64,000 nucleotides of DNA, taken from NCBI RefSeq assembly GCF_009914755.1, contig NC_060946.1, one strand, 5' to 3'. Both the position numbers and the translations under genes were made by a program. A model generated the notes under the pieces. That model had not been told where the DNA came from and did not search any database. It saw only the letters and a program-made list of their open reading frames with translations. Positions 16,098 to 35,420 of this stretch are shown piece by piece (position 1 is the stretch's first letter; each line of letters begins with the position of its first letter). The stretch is from the human T2T-CHM13v2.0 reference genome, Homo sapiens.

Positions 16098-16550
16098 ACA
16101 TTAGTTATATTTTGCTAATATAACAAATGATCACAAAGTTAGTAGCTTAAAACAACACACATTTATTCTCTCACAGTTCTGGAGCTGTTCAAATGCCCAG
16201 AATGAGTCTTACAGGGCTCTAACATCAAGGCATCCATAGGGCTGTTTCCTTCTGGATCCTCCAGAGAAGAATCTGTTTCTTGCTTCTTCCAGCTTTAGAA
16301 TCTAGCTGCATTCCTTGGCTCATGACCACTTCCTCCCATCACTTCAAACTTATGCTTCAGTCTTCAACATTTTCTACTGCCCTCTCTTATAAGGACCTAT
16401 CTGATTACATTGGGCCCACACACATAGGCCCCCAACTTGAGATTCCGAATCACATTGACAAAGTCCTTTATCATGTAAGGTAACATTTCTTACAGGTTTC
16501 AGGGATTAGGGCATGGACATTTTTGGGGTGCCATTATTCAGCCTACCACG
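16098..16550 (-). mobile_element. MaLR solo LTR (MLT1D-like)
   Basis: taacaaatgatcacaaagttagtagcttaaaacaacacacatttattctctcacagttctggag...gccattattcagcctaccac. Confidence 0.85.
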
Positions 16551-16581
16551 CTGGGCAATCTCAGGCTAGTCACTTAACTTT

Positions 16582-17586
16582 TGCAAGCCTAGAATAAATA
16601 TTTAACTCTTCAATGCACAGACACTGATGAAGATCTACAAGCATCAAGACCATCCAGGAAAGTATGACCTCACCAAATTAACTAAACAAAGCACTAAGGG
16701 ACCAAGCCTGGAGAGACAGGGATATGTGACCTTTCAGAAAGAGAATTCAAAATATTATAGCTGTTTCAAAGAACCTCAACGGAATTCAAGATAACACAAA
16801 AAACTATTCAGAATCCTATCAGATAAATTTAATAAAGGGATTGAAATAATTAAAAAGAAGCAGAAATTCTGGAGTTGAAAAATGCAATTGATATATGAAA
16901 GAAGGCATTACAGTCTACTAACAGCAGAATTGATCAAGTAGAGGAAGGAATTATTAAGCTTGAAGACAGGCTGTTAGAACATAGAGAGACAAAAGAACAA
17001 AGAATAGAAAACAATGAAGTGGGCTTACAGGATCTAGAAAACAGCCCCAAAAGGGAAAAATCTAAGAGTTATTAGCCTTAAAGAAGACGTAGAGGGTGAG
17101 ATCAGGGTGGAAAATTTATTCAAAGAGAAAATAACAGAATTTTGCCAACCTAGAGAAAGATATCAATATTCAAGAACAAGAGGGTTATAGAACACCAAGC
17201 AGATTTAACCCAAATAGGACTACCTCAAGGCATTTAATAATCAAACTACTAAAAATCAAGAATAAGAAAGGATCCTAAAAGCAGCAGGAGAAAATAAATA
17301 ACATACAATGGAGCTCCAATACAGCTGGCAGCAGACATTTGAGTGGAAACCTTACAGGCCAAGAGAAAGTGGCATGACATATTTAAAGAGCTGAAGGAAA
17401 AAATTTTTACACTATAATAGTATATCTGGTGAAAATATCCTTCAAACATGAAAGAGATATAATGACCTTCCCAGACAAACAAAACCTGAGGGATTTCATC
17501 AACACCAGGCCTATTCTAAAAGAAATGCTAAGGGAGTTCTTCAATCTGAAAGAAAAGGACATTGATGAGCAATAAAAAATCATTTG
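16582..17586 (+). mobile_element. L1MA (L1M1-type) ORF1 region
   Basis: aataaatatttaactcttcaatgcacagac...caagaccatccaggaa...gaaaggatcctaaaagcagc...agacaaacaaaacctgagggatttcatcaacacc. Confidence 0.85.
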
Positions 17587-17709
17587 GGCTGAGTGGGGTG
17601 GCTCATGCCTGTAGTCCCAGCCATTTGGGAGGCCGAGGTAGGTGGATCACTTGAGCCCAGGAGTTCAAGACCAGCCTAGGCAACATGGCAAAACCCTGTC
17701 TCTGCAAAA

Positions 17710-17712
<3 letters not shown>
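17587..17712 (+). mobile_element. Alu left arm only (AluJ/FLAM-like), fused to L1 ORF2
   Basis: ggctgagtggggtggctcatgcctg...aaaccctgtctctgcaaaaaa, then directly ttctaccaaaggtac. Confidence 0.9.
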
Positions 17713-18814
<1,102 letters not shown>

Positions 18815-18865
18815 AATATTTTATATTATGTGAACCTCATCACACTAAATGAAAATTTTTAAAAA
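18815..18865 (+). mobile_element. L1M 3' terminus with A-rich tail
   Basis: attttatattatgtgaacctcatcacactaaatgaaaatttttaaaaa resembles the L1MB/MD end aattttatgttatgtgaatttcacctcaataaa. Confidence 0.5.
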
Positions 18866-19838
18866 TTAACACTGAAACACAGTCCATAAAGGAAGTTTTA
18901 CAAGCAGGGCTTCCTCAAAATTAAAAGCTTCTGCTCTGTGAAAGACATTTTTAAGAGAATGAAAAGTCAAGCTACTTTTCTAGAAGAAAATATTTGCAAA
19001 ATACTAACCCAAAAGAGGATGTATATCCTTTATATACAAAGAATTGTGAAAACTTACTGGCTAGAAAACACAAAACCCAATTTTTAAAATGGGCAAATAG
19101 ATTTGAACCCACTTCAACAGAGAGGATATTCAGATAGCAAATAAGCACATGAAAAGATGTTCAAAATCATTAGCCATTAAGAAAACACAAATTAAACTAT
19201 AATAGAATACCACTATATACCTATTAGAATAGCAAACAAATAAAAAAGGAAAAATGACAATACCAAGTGCTAGTGAGGACAGAGAGAACCTGAAACTCTT
19301 ATATATTGCTGGTAGAATACAAATTCTAGAAAATGGTTTGGCAGTTTCTTGTAAAGTGAAATTTAGACTTATCATATGACCCAGCAATCCCACTCCTAGG
19401 AACTTATCTTAGAAATAACAACCTATATTCACATAAAACCAGTATATGAATATTTATAGCAGCTCTATTCATAATTTCCCCAAACTAGAAACAATCCAAA
19501 TGTCCTTCAATGGGTGAATGGATAGACATGCTGTGATACATCCATACAATGAAACACAAGTAAGCAACAAAAAGAAACAAAACTATTGATGCATGTAATA
19601 TGGGTGAAACTCAAAGGGATTATGCTGAGTAAAAGAAGTCAGTCTACATACCATATAATTCCATTTATATGACATTTGAAAAAGGCAAAAGTATAGCAAT
19701 TAGTTGTTGCCAGGGTTTTAAAGGTAGAAAATTTAGAAGTGATAGAACTGTTCTGTATCTTAAGTCTAGTGGTAGTTAAATGAATGTATACATGTGTTAA
19801 AATTCATAGAACTACACACACAAACAAGTCAATCTGAC
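18861..19838 (+). mobile_element. L1MC-type element, 3' half (end of ORF2 and 3' UTR)
   Basis: cagtccataaagg...caaaattaaaagcttctgctctgtgaaagac...gacccagcaatcccactcctagg...catgtgttaaaattcatagaact. Confidence 0.85.
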
Positions 19839-19839
19839 T

Positions 19840-19960
19840 GGAAAGGTTTGAGTAAATAGTGGTAACGATTATATGACTTTATGAATGTAATTCATGCCAC
19901 TAAATTGTACACATAAAATGGTTAAAATGGTGAATATTACATTATATGTATTTTTTCACA
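19840..19960 (+). mobile_element. L1MB 3'-end fragment
   Basis: gaatgtaattcatgccactaaattgtacacataaaatggttaaaatggtgaat. Confidence 0.7.
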
Positions 19961-20380
19961 GCATTGGCATGTGAACTTGTTGTTTTCACTAAATGAGTCA
20001 GTTAAGATGGGAATGCTTGTTTTATAATTAAAGAGTGAGAACAAAAGACAGATACCTTTTACTTGGAGATATTATCAGAAGAAAGCATTGACAGTTTTAT
20101 GACAGCAAGGTCAAGGCATCTGCTAAAAATGTTATAAACCGATTTCTTTGCAAAGTCTGCTTCAACTTTTTATTTTCCAAGTCTGATTTTTATTACTAGC
20201 ATTTAGCCCATTTGCCAATTTCTCCAAACTGAGTCAAACTATAACTCAGATAAAATCAAGCAATAAGTATATAAAGATCAATCCAGGGTTGTGAGACCTG
20301 TGGAAGATTGTTTTAAATATATTATACTAAAGGCGTTTTTAAAAGTAAATTAGTACTTTGGACATCTCAATGAAAAGCAT

Positions 20381-20389
20381 ACACAAACA

Positions 20390-20429
<40 letters not shown>
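20381..20429. repeat. (CA)n microsatellite
   Basis: acacaaacacaaacacacac... run. Confidence 0.95.
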
Positions 20430-20430
<1 letters not shown>

Positions 20431-20619
20431 CAAGCCCTATTGTGAAATAAAAATAATACGTAAAAATGAAATGTGCTTTGTATTTAAAAAGTGCCAAAAA
20501 ACACTGTGGAAGAAGAGTTACTCATATGCATATTACACCTTATGTAAATGTGTATTATTTAAAGTAAAGCCCCAAAATTAAATTATGTGACTAGACATAA
20601 ATAATGAATAGAAATATGT

Positions 20620-21079
20620 GCAGTTGATCTTATTATTCACAGATTCTGTATCCGTACATTCACCTAATTATTAAAATGTATTTGTAACCCCAATTCTCAT
20701 ATTGTAAGGTATCCTTTTTGTTGATTTCACTGTTTAAAATGACCCCCAAGTATAGTACTAACGTGTTATCTAATGTTTCTAAGCTCAAGGAGGCTGTGAT
20801 GTGCCTTACAGAGAAAATACTAGTTTGGTAAGCTTTATTCAGGCATGAGTGATACTGCTGTTAGCCATGAATTCAATGTTAATGAATCAACAATATATAT
20901 TAATCAGATACCTTTAAACAGAAGCACATATAAAAGAAGGTTATGTATTGATCAGTTGACAAAAAGGTTGTGACCAGAGGCTCACAGGAACCTAACCCTC
21001 AAACAGTTCAGTATTTGCTAACTCAGTATTTGCAGCAACTTCAAATAAAATAACTACCGTAAATAATAAGAATTAATTG
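20620..21079 (-). mobile_element. MER82-like TcMar-Tigger MITE with internal deletion
   Basis: Termini cagttgatcttattattcacagattctg and RC caattaattcttattatttacggtagttat form degenerate TIRs. Confidence 0.75.
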
Positions 21080-21562
21080 CATGTTTTGATTAGAGGAAAA
21101 GGAAACCATTTTCCCCTTGGCTTTGATTCCCAGTGAAGTGGCAAATGTGTAGGGGCCTACTGTTCACTGCCCTCTCCTAGAGCTCTAAAGCAGGAAGCAA
21201 AGAGTGGATACCTGCATCTATAAGTAGAGGTATAATATCTAACAGTAACCGTATCAGCTACTAGTCATTAAATGTCTCCAAATTTACCAACACTCTTCCA
21301 GGTGTTTTATATTCATTCACTCATTCTTTAAACAACTATGTGCCTGACAGCTCAGTGGCAGGCATTGTTCCAGTGAAAATTCAAGAGAGAAAAGATAAAC
21401 ATGGTCCCTTGTCTACCTTAAAGCTCAATATCTAGTGCAAGAGACAGGGAGTAAACACACAGTTAATACAATAAAATAAATTGTAAAAGTGCAATAAAGA
21501 AATAAAACATGTAATAAAGAATAATTAAGAAGGAGAAATACCTTATTTAAAAACATGCTCTG

Positions 21563-21883
21563 GGCTAGGTGAGGTAGCTCATGTCTACAATCCCAGCATT
21601 TGGTGAAGCCAAGGCGGGAGAATGGCTTGAGTCCAGGAGTTCAAGACCAGCTTGGGCAACATAGCAAGACCCCCCACCTCTACAAAAATATAATGATTTA
21701 AAAAAATAGCCGGTCATGGTAGTGTGCACCTGTAGTCCTATCTACTCTGGAGGATGAGGCAGGAGAATCGCTGAGCCCAGAAGTTTGAGATTACAGTAAG
21801 CTATAATCACACCACTCCACTTCAGCCTGAGTGACAGACAGAGACCCTGTTTCTTTAAAAAAATATATAAAAATAAATAAATA
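21563..21883 (+). mobile_element. AluJ
   Basis: Dimer; TSD-like aacatgctctg / aatatgttctg brackets this Alu and the next. Confidence 0.93.
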
Positions 21884-21884
21884 G

Positions 21885-22255
<371 letters not shown>

Positions 22256-22379
22256 CTAACCAAAGAAAAAGCACTACAGAAAGGAGTACAAAGGCCTGAG
22301 ACTGGGAAAGGTATGATTAGGTTCATAGAATTCAAAGAAAGCCACTACATTAACAAAGAATGGCATGAGATGAGTCATT

Positions 22380-22515
22380 TAGTTCCCATTTTCAAAAAGA
22401 GAAACCTGATTTCAGAGAGGTAAAGAAACTTACCCAAGTTGCACAGATAGTGGGCAAGAATTCAATCTCAGGGTAGATTGGTTCAAAATTCTGTGTTCTT
22501 TTACCTATGTCATGC
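22380..22515 (-). mobile_element. MIR
   Basis: cccattttc...gaaacctgatttcagagaggtaaagaaacttacccaag. Confidence 0.75.
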
Positions 22516-24489
22516 TGCATCCGACTTTCTTCTTGCTGTCCTATAACTTACCCCCAATAACTCTCCTGTAATTGTGTAAATATACATATATAATGTATGT
22601 ATAGATATATGTATGTATGTGTGTGCATATATATATACATACAGAGTATTATACATGCATGCAGACACAAAGCTTAAAGAAAAATAAGCATAGAAACCCA
22701 ATAAATAGGACTTGATGCCAACAAGTACAGTTGAAATACACTGTTTCTCTGTCAGTGTACATCCCAGGATCTTACGTACTTTAAATAGTCACATCATACT
22801 GCTGACACATGTTCAGTAATTACATTATCATCCTCATTACATCTCTATAACCACTTGATGCCAGGGCTTTCTCTCAATCACAAGCTAATATAGCTTTCCC
22901 CGATGAGACATGAAAAGGAAATGGCTTTTATTTTACAAAAATAAGGTAAAGAAAGGTTAAATTTTACAATGTCTTCCTCTTAGCACTTTACAGTTGTCCT
23001 AACAGGCAGTTTTGTTTTGCCCTTTACAGACACTTTAATGCTGAAATGTTCTGTGCCAGGGACTCAGGTTTCCCATTTTCTTTCTTTGTTTTTGTTTTTT
23101 TAGGTAGTTATTTATGTGACTGTCCTCCTAACCAAATGGACCAATCTGGGCATAAACCATTTTCTCATTTTCTCTGCTTATAGAAAGGAATGCTTTATTT
23201 CAGCAGTGCAGATAACATCTTGAGGTCTCAGGAGGATGACAAATTGAAACAGTTTCTTTCTTGCCTAACATTTCTTACCCAAGAGTCAAGTGACGATGGT
23301 GGAGAACAAATCTCTCTTCTCCTGACAATTTGCACTTATTTTCTTAATAGCTCTGCTAAAATTCAGTGAATTTCATTTTGCTTAGAGCCTACTTAGTCCC
23401 TGCCAACAGGCACAGGAAGCTTTCATTCATCAGCACAGTAGTCCTACTGGTGATGCATTCCTATGAAATTATGACAGCAATTCCAAAAACAAAACAGCAG
23501 GGATGGGGCAAATGAATTCTTTTTCAAAAAGAGCCATCAGAATAGCATAGCAGTTCCTATATAACTAGAAACTTAATAAATAATTTTGATTGAGAATCGT
23601 TTAGAAATTTTATTCAGGTATAATATCAATGTAGCTAAAAATGACCTATTCCCTAGTATTACCTATATTTCACAAAATCATTTGAAAACAAGCACAACCA
23701 CGAAATACAACTGCATAACTCTTTTCATAAATTCAGGTCTTGGTAATGCTGCACAAAGACAGCACCATTCACAGACAACTGGGGCCTCGATTGGCTGAAC
23801 AGCTCCAGATTTATGGTCGTCTTTGACTTGTTAGGGTCCCTTGCACCACATGATTATGGTGTGCTATTTGACAGATACCTTTTTTGCATCAATGATGTGA
23901 CTCCATACCTTTTCCAAAGACTGCAAATTGCTAACATTGTTCCCTTTGTCATTTAAGCTCTCTTTCTATAAAACGTAAATTAAAACTTACTATTTTCTAG
24001 TATTATTTGTTGACAAGTTTTAAATGGCAGTATCAAAACGATTTCCTATTTTTAATGAAAGGGATCTTTGGCATCTTATCTGTAACAATTTCACCTTACA
24101 TCAAGACTGTATTTTCTACCCATTATGTACAAAGGTTTTCAGTGCAAAGAGGGTATATAAGAAAAGATAATTAATAGCAGTCAAAAAGCATATAATCAAC
24201 TTGGGGAAATATATAAATGCTGCACATTAAACAATTAAAGAGTTGTTTCAAAGCAACATAAGAACAAGTGCATGTAAAAATTTAATGTGGGTCTTCCCCA
24301 GCTTACAAAGGAATTGTATTCCAAAATTGTATTTTTAGGTCAGTTATCTGGAATGCTTTAAGCATTTTTTCCGTTTAAAAATTATGCTGTAAAGATTGGT
24401 TATATTCACCAGCCAATTCTAATGGCCTAGTTCATGCAAAATGTCACTGAATTATAGGACTAGCAATATTACAGAAAGGAGAAGAAATG

Positions 24490-24705
24490 GAACTGAAATT
24501 CATTGGTAAACTACAACCACCTTCACACGAGTAATCTTATTTAGTCTTAATAATTCTGCAAGGTAAATTATTATGTCTTCCTTTAAAGGTAAGGCTCCTG
24601 AAGCTGATAAAGGTTAAGGACTTGCCTAAGCTAAGAGCTTGTAAGTGTCAGAACAGAGATTCAAACCCAGAACTGTCTGCCTCTGAAGCCAGGACTCCAC
24701 TCCTA
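24490..24705 (-). mobile_element. MIR
   Basis: aggttaaggacttgcctaag...gtaagtgtcagaacagagattcaaacccag...ctgcctctgaagcc. Confidence 0.75.
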
Positions 24706-27478
24706 GAATATGCAGTTTCCTTTTAAAAAAGTATATATAAGGAAAACCTTTTTCCATATTCCAAATGAAAATGTTAGGAATATGCTCCACAGCCCCAAAG
24801 ATTCTGGAGTACAGAAACAATGCCTTTTCATCTTTCTGTTTCCAGCACAGGTTTGACACAGAATAGATAGCCAATGATTACTGAATAAATAAAAAAATTA
24901 ACAGGAAATGAGTTCCTCCAAAGTCAGGGTCATCTTTTATCCATATGTATATACATATAGCCTAATACAGATACATAATCTATCCATCAATAAATATTTA
25001 ATAACTAAAGAATTTCATCTTACTTGTACACCTCCTCTCATTCTGCTTTTTATAAATAAGCACTCCTGACCACTTCCAAATGTATTCATTAAACTCAGTG
25101 TCTTTCAAACTCTCAGTTCCTTCCTCCCTTCTTGCCTTCAATGCTGAAATCCAGAGAGAATAAATCCATATTTACATCTTTTATGTGGCTAAGCATGCTC
25201 CCCAGCTAGGACAGAAATGAATTTAACCTAGGAAGCTTTACCCATAATACTCTTGGATCTCTGAGCTTGAAAAAGATGCACTACCCCTTGGGGAGAAATT
25301 ATCCAAACTAATATCAATAAAGTGGATTTATCCTGTCCAGAGGAAATGCAAATGAAACTTGGTTGCATCAACTTTCTGAAACTACACTTCTAAAGCAAAT
25401 TAAGAAACCCATTTCAAGCTGTTTGAAAGGAATGTTGGCTGACACTTGCATATGAGTCTTCTACAGAGAAGTAGCTCTGATTCTGCAGCTTATCATTTCA
25501 AATGGTTTTAGAGATGAATATTCAGATTTCACGTCAATTTTTAATGTAATAGAATCCCAAATGCTTAAAAACTAGGTTCCACTTCATAATCTGTCATCCT
25601 CTCTACCTTCTTTCAGGATACATTAATTTTTTAATAAGCTCTTTTAACTTAGCTCCGAAGATGCATTTTTTAACCACTACAAGTAAAAAACAATGCATAA
25701 GGTCCCTAATTAATATCTTATGTAAAGAATCCTTGTTAATTATAAAATTGTGACCATAATGAAATAAAAATATAGACTTAATAGAAATACAAGTTCTGAA
25801 TTTCTCACATTAAAAGCCCTTGAAAAAAAAGTCAAATCATTCTCTTAAGCTCACAGATGACTATATTTAATGTCCTACAGCAACCATGTTGATTATTTTC
25901 AAAATTATTATGAATATTATTAATGGCAAATGTTAAACTACCAAATATTCTGCAATACTGGTAAGTACTCTCTGAAGTCATGGCTCAGCAATTTCAGTGT
26001 ACACACATGGTGAAACAAGAGAACCAAGAACAACAAAATCTTCATTCACTTCAGTACAATAGGCTCAGAGCAATGAAACAGAAATACTCATTTGTAAAAC
26101 ATACTTTATATCCACATTTAAATGCCTAATTAATCCTAACAATTAAATGCAACCACTAAACGTTTCCTTTGCAAGATATCTTTTTTATTTCCATAAACTT
26201 GAAATCTAATGGAAATCATTGTGTCATTATGGCTAAGGCAATAAATGCCTATTGGTCAATAAGCTCTGAACCTTAACAGGCAGTTAACTAATTCAGCTGG
26301 AAATAAGACCAATAGTTCTAATGGCTCCTAATTTCACTGGAAGAGTATACCTTTATGAACTATAGATGGTTTTCATGAGCTCTTCCTACAGCAGAGAACA
26401 GCAATGTAAATGTAAAAAACATGCATTTGAAATTCAAGTGCTTACACTGATTTCATTTGCCAGGGAGACCACAGATCAAAAGAGGTACTTCAAATATTTA
26501 AGTTAAATAGGCAAGACCAATGCAAACAAAACTAAAACAATTTTAAATTACAAGAACCGATTTAGTCTATTTCAAAATCATTCAGATTTTCTTTTGCTTA
26601 TTTCAAACAATCTGAACCAATTTTTTAAAAAACTGGACAAATGTTAACAACTGTAAATACACCTTGTAATAAAAACAAAAAGGGAGGTTAAGAAACCTGA
26701 TCTCTTCCTGCTGTATCACTCCTCTTCCCCTGAGAATGAGGGCCTCTTAATTTCAACATAAATAGATATAAATAACTTAGTATACAGATATCAGTACACT
26801 TGAAATCATAATAGTCTGGAGACATCAGTATCCACTCAAAACCTGATCCATTCAGCTATATATCTCACATTGCAACAGCAGAGAAAGCATTTCAAGCAAT
26901 CAGGTAAGAACGTCCCTTTGCTCTATGATGCCAGGGAGTAACTTCCATATGAAAATGAACTAGGTTATATTTACTGTTCTGCCAATCTTCAATTCTGAAC
27001 TGATCATTTTGTGTTTCTAACCACACTTCTATAGCAGCTACACCTATTTCCAGAAATGTCTTAAATTACACATTTCAGCTCCTCCTTCCAAATGACATTT
27101 AATTTAAAAACCATTTTGCATACCAAATTTTAAAACCCTATATTTATTAATCACTTACTTTGTTAATTATGGTGAAAAAAGTTAAATCAAAGTATTGTGG
27201 CATAATTTTGTACCGAACTTGTGAAACACCTAAGGAAAAAAAATCACTGTATTTTCTTTATTTTTTATTTTTTATTATACTTTAACTTTTAGGGTACATG
27301 TCCATAACGTGCAGGTTTGTTACATATGTATACATGTGCCATGCTGGTGTGCTGTACCCATTAACTCTTCATTTAATATTAGGCATATCTCCTAATGCTA
27401 TCCCTCCACCCTCCCCCCACCCCACAACAGACCCCAGTGTGTGATGTTCCCCTTTCTGTGTCCATGTGTTCTCATTGT

Positions 27479-31291
<3,813 letters not shown>

Positions 31292-31354
31292 TATGATGTT
31301 AGCTGGTTATTTTGCTCGTTGGTTGATGCAGTTTCTTTCTAGCCTCGATGGTCT

Positions 31355-32404
31355 TTACAATTTGGCATGTTTTTGCAGTGGCTGGTACCGGTTGTTCCTT
31401 TCCATGTTTAGTGCTTCCTTCAGGAGCTCTTTTAGGGCAGGCCTGGTGGTGACAAAATCTCTCAGCATTTGCTTGTCTGTAAAGGATTTTATTTCTCCTT
31501 CACTTATGAAGCTTAGTTTGGCTGGATATGAAATTCTGGGTTGAAAATTCTTTTCTTTAAGAATGTTGAAAACTGGCCCCCACTCTCTTCTGGCTTGTAG
31601 AGTTTCTGTCGAGAGATCAGCTGTTAGTCTGATGGGCTTCCTTTGTGGGTAACCCGACCTTTCTCTCTGGCTGCCCTTAACATTTTTTCCTTCATTTCAA
31701 CTTTGGTGAATCTGACAATTATGTGTCTTGGCATTGCTCTTCTCGAGGAGTATCTTTGTGGCGTTCTCTGTATTTCCTGAATTTGAATATTGGCCTGCCT
31801 TGCTAGATTGGGGAAATTCTCCTGGATAATATCCTGAGAGTGTTTTCCAACTTGGTTCCATTCTCCCCATGACTTTCAGGTACACCAATCAGACGTAGAT
31901 TTGGTCTTTTCACATAGTCCCATATTTCTTGGAGGCTTTGTTTGTTTCTTTTTATTCTTTTTCCTCTAAACTTCTCTTCTCGCTTCATTTCATTCATTTG
32001 ATCTTCCATCCCTGATACCCTTTCTTCCAGTTGATCAAATCAGCTACTGAGGCTTCTGCATTCATCATGTAGTTCTCGTGCCGTGGTTTTCAGCTCCATC
32101 AGGTCCTTTAAGGACTTCTCTGCATTGGTTATTCTAGTTAGCCATTTGTCTAATTTTTTTTCAAGGTTTTTAACTTCTTTGCCATGGGTTCGAACTTCCT
32201 CCTTTAGCTCAGAGTAGTTTGATCATCTGAAGTCTTCTTCTCTCAACTCGTCATTGATCATCGTAAGCCTTCTTCTCTCAACTTGTCAAAGTCGTTCTCC
32301 ATTCAGCTTTGTTCCGTTCCTGGTAAGGAGCTGTGTTCCTTTGGAGGAGGAGAGGCGCTCTGATTTTTAGAGTGTCTGGTTTTTCTGCTCTGTTTTTTCC
32401 CCAT
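31355..32404 (-). pseudogene. L1 ORF1, disrupted
   Basis: ATG GGG AAA AAA CAG AGC at 32404 and TAA at 31357-31355; 35-bp duplication and other frameshifts. Confidence 0.9.
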
Positions 32405-33445
32405 CTTTGTGGTTTTATCTACCTTTGGTCTTTGATGATGCTGATGTACAGATGGGGTTTTGGTGTGGATGTCCTTTCTGTTTGTTAGTTTTCCTTCTAA
32501 CAGTCAGGACTCTCAGCTGCAGGTCTGTTGGAGTTTGCTGGAGGTCCATTCCAGGCCCTGTTTGCCTGGGTATCAGCAGTGGAGGTTGCAGAACAGCGGA
32601 TGCTGCAGAACAGCGGATATTGGTGAACAGCAAATGTTGCTCCCTGATCGTTCCTCAGGAAGTTTTGTCTCAGAGGAGTACCTGGCTGTGTGAGGTGTCA
32701 GTCTGCCTCTACTGGGGGGTGCCTCCCAGTTAGGCTACTCGGCGGTCAGGGACCCACTTCAGGAGGCAGTCTGTCCATTCTCAGATCTCCAGCTGCATGC
32801 TGGGAGAACCACTACTCTCTTCAAAGCTGTCAGACAGGGACATTTAAGTCTGCAGAGGATTCTGCTCCCTTTTGTTTGGCTATGCCCTGCCCCCAGAGGT
32901 GGAGTCTACAGAGGCAGGCAGGCCTCCTTGAGCTACAGTGGGCTCCACTCAGTTCAAGCTTCCCGGCCGCTTTGTTTACCTACTCAAGCCTTGGCAATGG
33001 CGGGCGCCCCTCCCCTAGCCTCGCTGCCGCCTTGCAGTTTGATCTCAGACTGCTGTGCTAGCAATGAGTGAGGCTCCATGGGCGCAGGACCCTCCGAGCC
33101 AGGCATGGAATATAATCTCCTGGTGTGGCGTTTGCTAAGACCGTTGGAAAAGCGTAGTATTACGGTGGGAGTGACCCGATTTTCCAGGTGCCATCTGTCA
33201 CCCCTTTCTTTGACTAGGAAAGGGAATTCCCTGACCCCTTGTGCTTCCTGCGTGAGGCGACGCCTCACCCTTCTTTGGCTCACACTCAGTGGGCTGCACC
33301 CACTGTCCTGCACCCACTGTCCAACACTCCCCAGTGAGATGAACCCGGTACCTCAGTTGGAAATGCAGAAATCACCCGTCTTCTGCGTCGCCTACGCTGG
33401 GAGCTGTAGACTGGAGCTGTTCCTATTCGGCCATGTTGGCTCCCT
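32405..33445. promoter_or_regulatory. L1 5' UTR: sense promoter (minus strand) and antisense promoter (plus strand) with broken ORF0
   Basis: CpG-containing 5' UTR; YY1-like CAACATGGCC at the 5' end; ORF0 ATG at 32997. Confidence 0.7.
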
Positions 33446-34786
33446 AAATCACTGTATTTTCTAACCTCTAGTTCAATCATAATCACACTTCCTGCAAAAC
33501 ATTTAGACTGTTCTCCCTGATCACACTAGACAGGGAATAAGGAACAAACCTTGGGCTGGTCCTACCCTTATTATGGACGAGTTACATGAACCTCAATTAC
33601 TTTCCTTCTCTGGGGCTTCGTTCCATCATTTCTAAAGTGAGGGGTTGGAGTAAGTGACCTCTTAAGGTGCTTTACAACTGTAACATTCTAAAATCACATT
33701 TCTATGAAATGTGATCTTCTTTGCCTTTAATTATTTATAGAGTGGGTAACTGCTAAGGCATACCAAACGTCTCCTTCATGCCTCCAAATTCACTATAATT
33801 TGAGACCTTGTGATTACCACACTTGGTTTCATTTCAATGTCAACTTCTTTCCTTTTCAAACATTTTTTTCCTTAAAAAAAAAAAAAAGAAAAGAAGAAGA
33901 ACACCTAATATAAAAATCTTGGATAAGTAATCTGTCACCACCATCCTCCCAAAGCAGGGCAACCTTCTCCTTTTAACAAAAACACATGTGATTGGCAACA
34001 AGGGTATAAGCCAGGCTATTTCTTTCCATGTGTTAATGAACTTATTGCCAAATGGAAGTCTTTCCTTAATTCCAGACCAGCAAACACCATTTTCTGATGA
34101 AGTAAAATGACAAAGTACTAATTACCAAGAACCTAATCTGAGTCACAATCCTCTTTAATTGGAAGTTACTGCAGTAATTATTCACAAGTCACATTATCAT
34201 TAGACCAAAGAAAAAGTCAAAATTGATTTATACATACAGGAACCCCTAATAAACAGGGTCTACAATGAAGGTCCTTTATAAAATGACCAAAGCAGAGAAA
34301 ATAACATTTTACATTTTAATATATGCTCCACATTGGTTGTTGCTCAGATGCCTTTTTCCAGCATTAAAGATACCCTGAAATACCAAATTAAACTAGATGA
34401 CTAGGAAGAAAAATTATTTTAATTTAAAGTCTCCAAAGGGTACAACATGTAGCATCTTTTGAGAAGCCTAAAACAATGCCAAAGATGACTAATGCCCTAA
34501 GGATCCTAAGATGCATCTATCTCTAAGGTCAAAAGAATACTGCCTTTGTTCCAAGTTCACTTGGTAATTCAGATGAATTGAAGATAAATGTAAACAGGAA
34601 TTGTGGGCAATTGGAGACAAATATATCAAAACAATAGAGGAAGAAAAAACTGCTCCATTAATTGCAAGGCCATAATAACATGGGTAAATGTCTTGTTTCT
34701 TTTGGAATTTATTCAACTTCCTGATTCTTTTCTTACAAGCTTTTGCAATTTTGAATGAGCTCAGCTTATATTATACAGACATTTTT

Positions 34787-35420
<634 letters not shown>

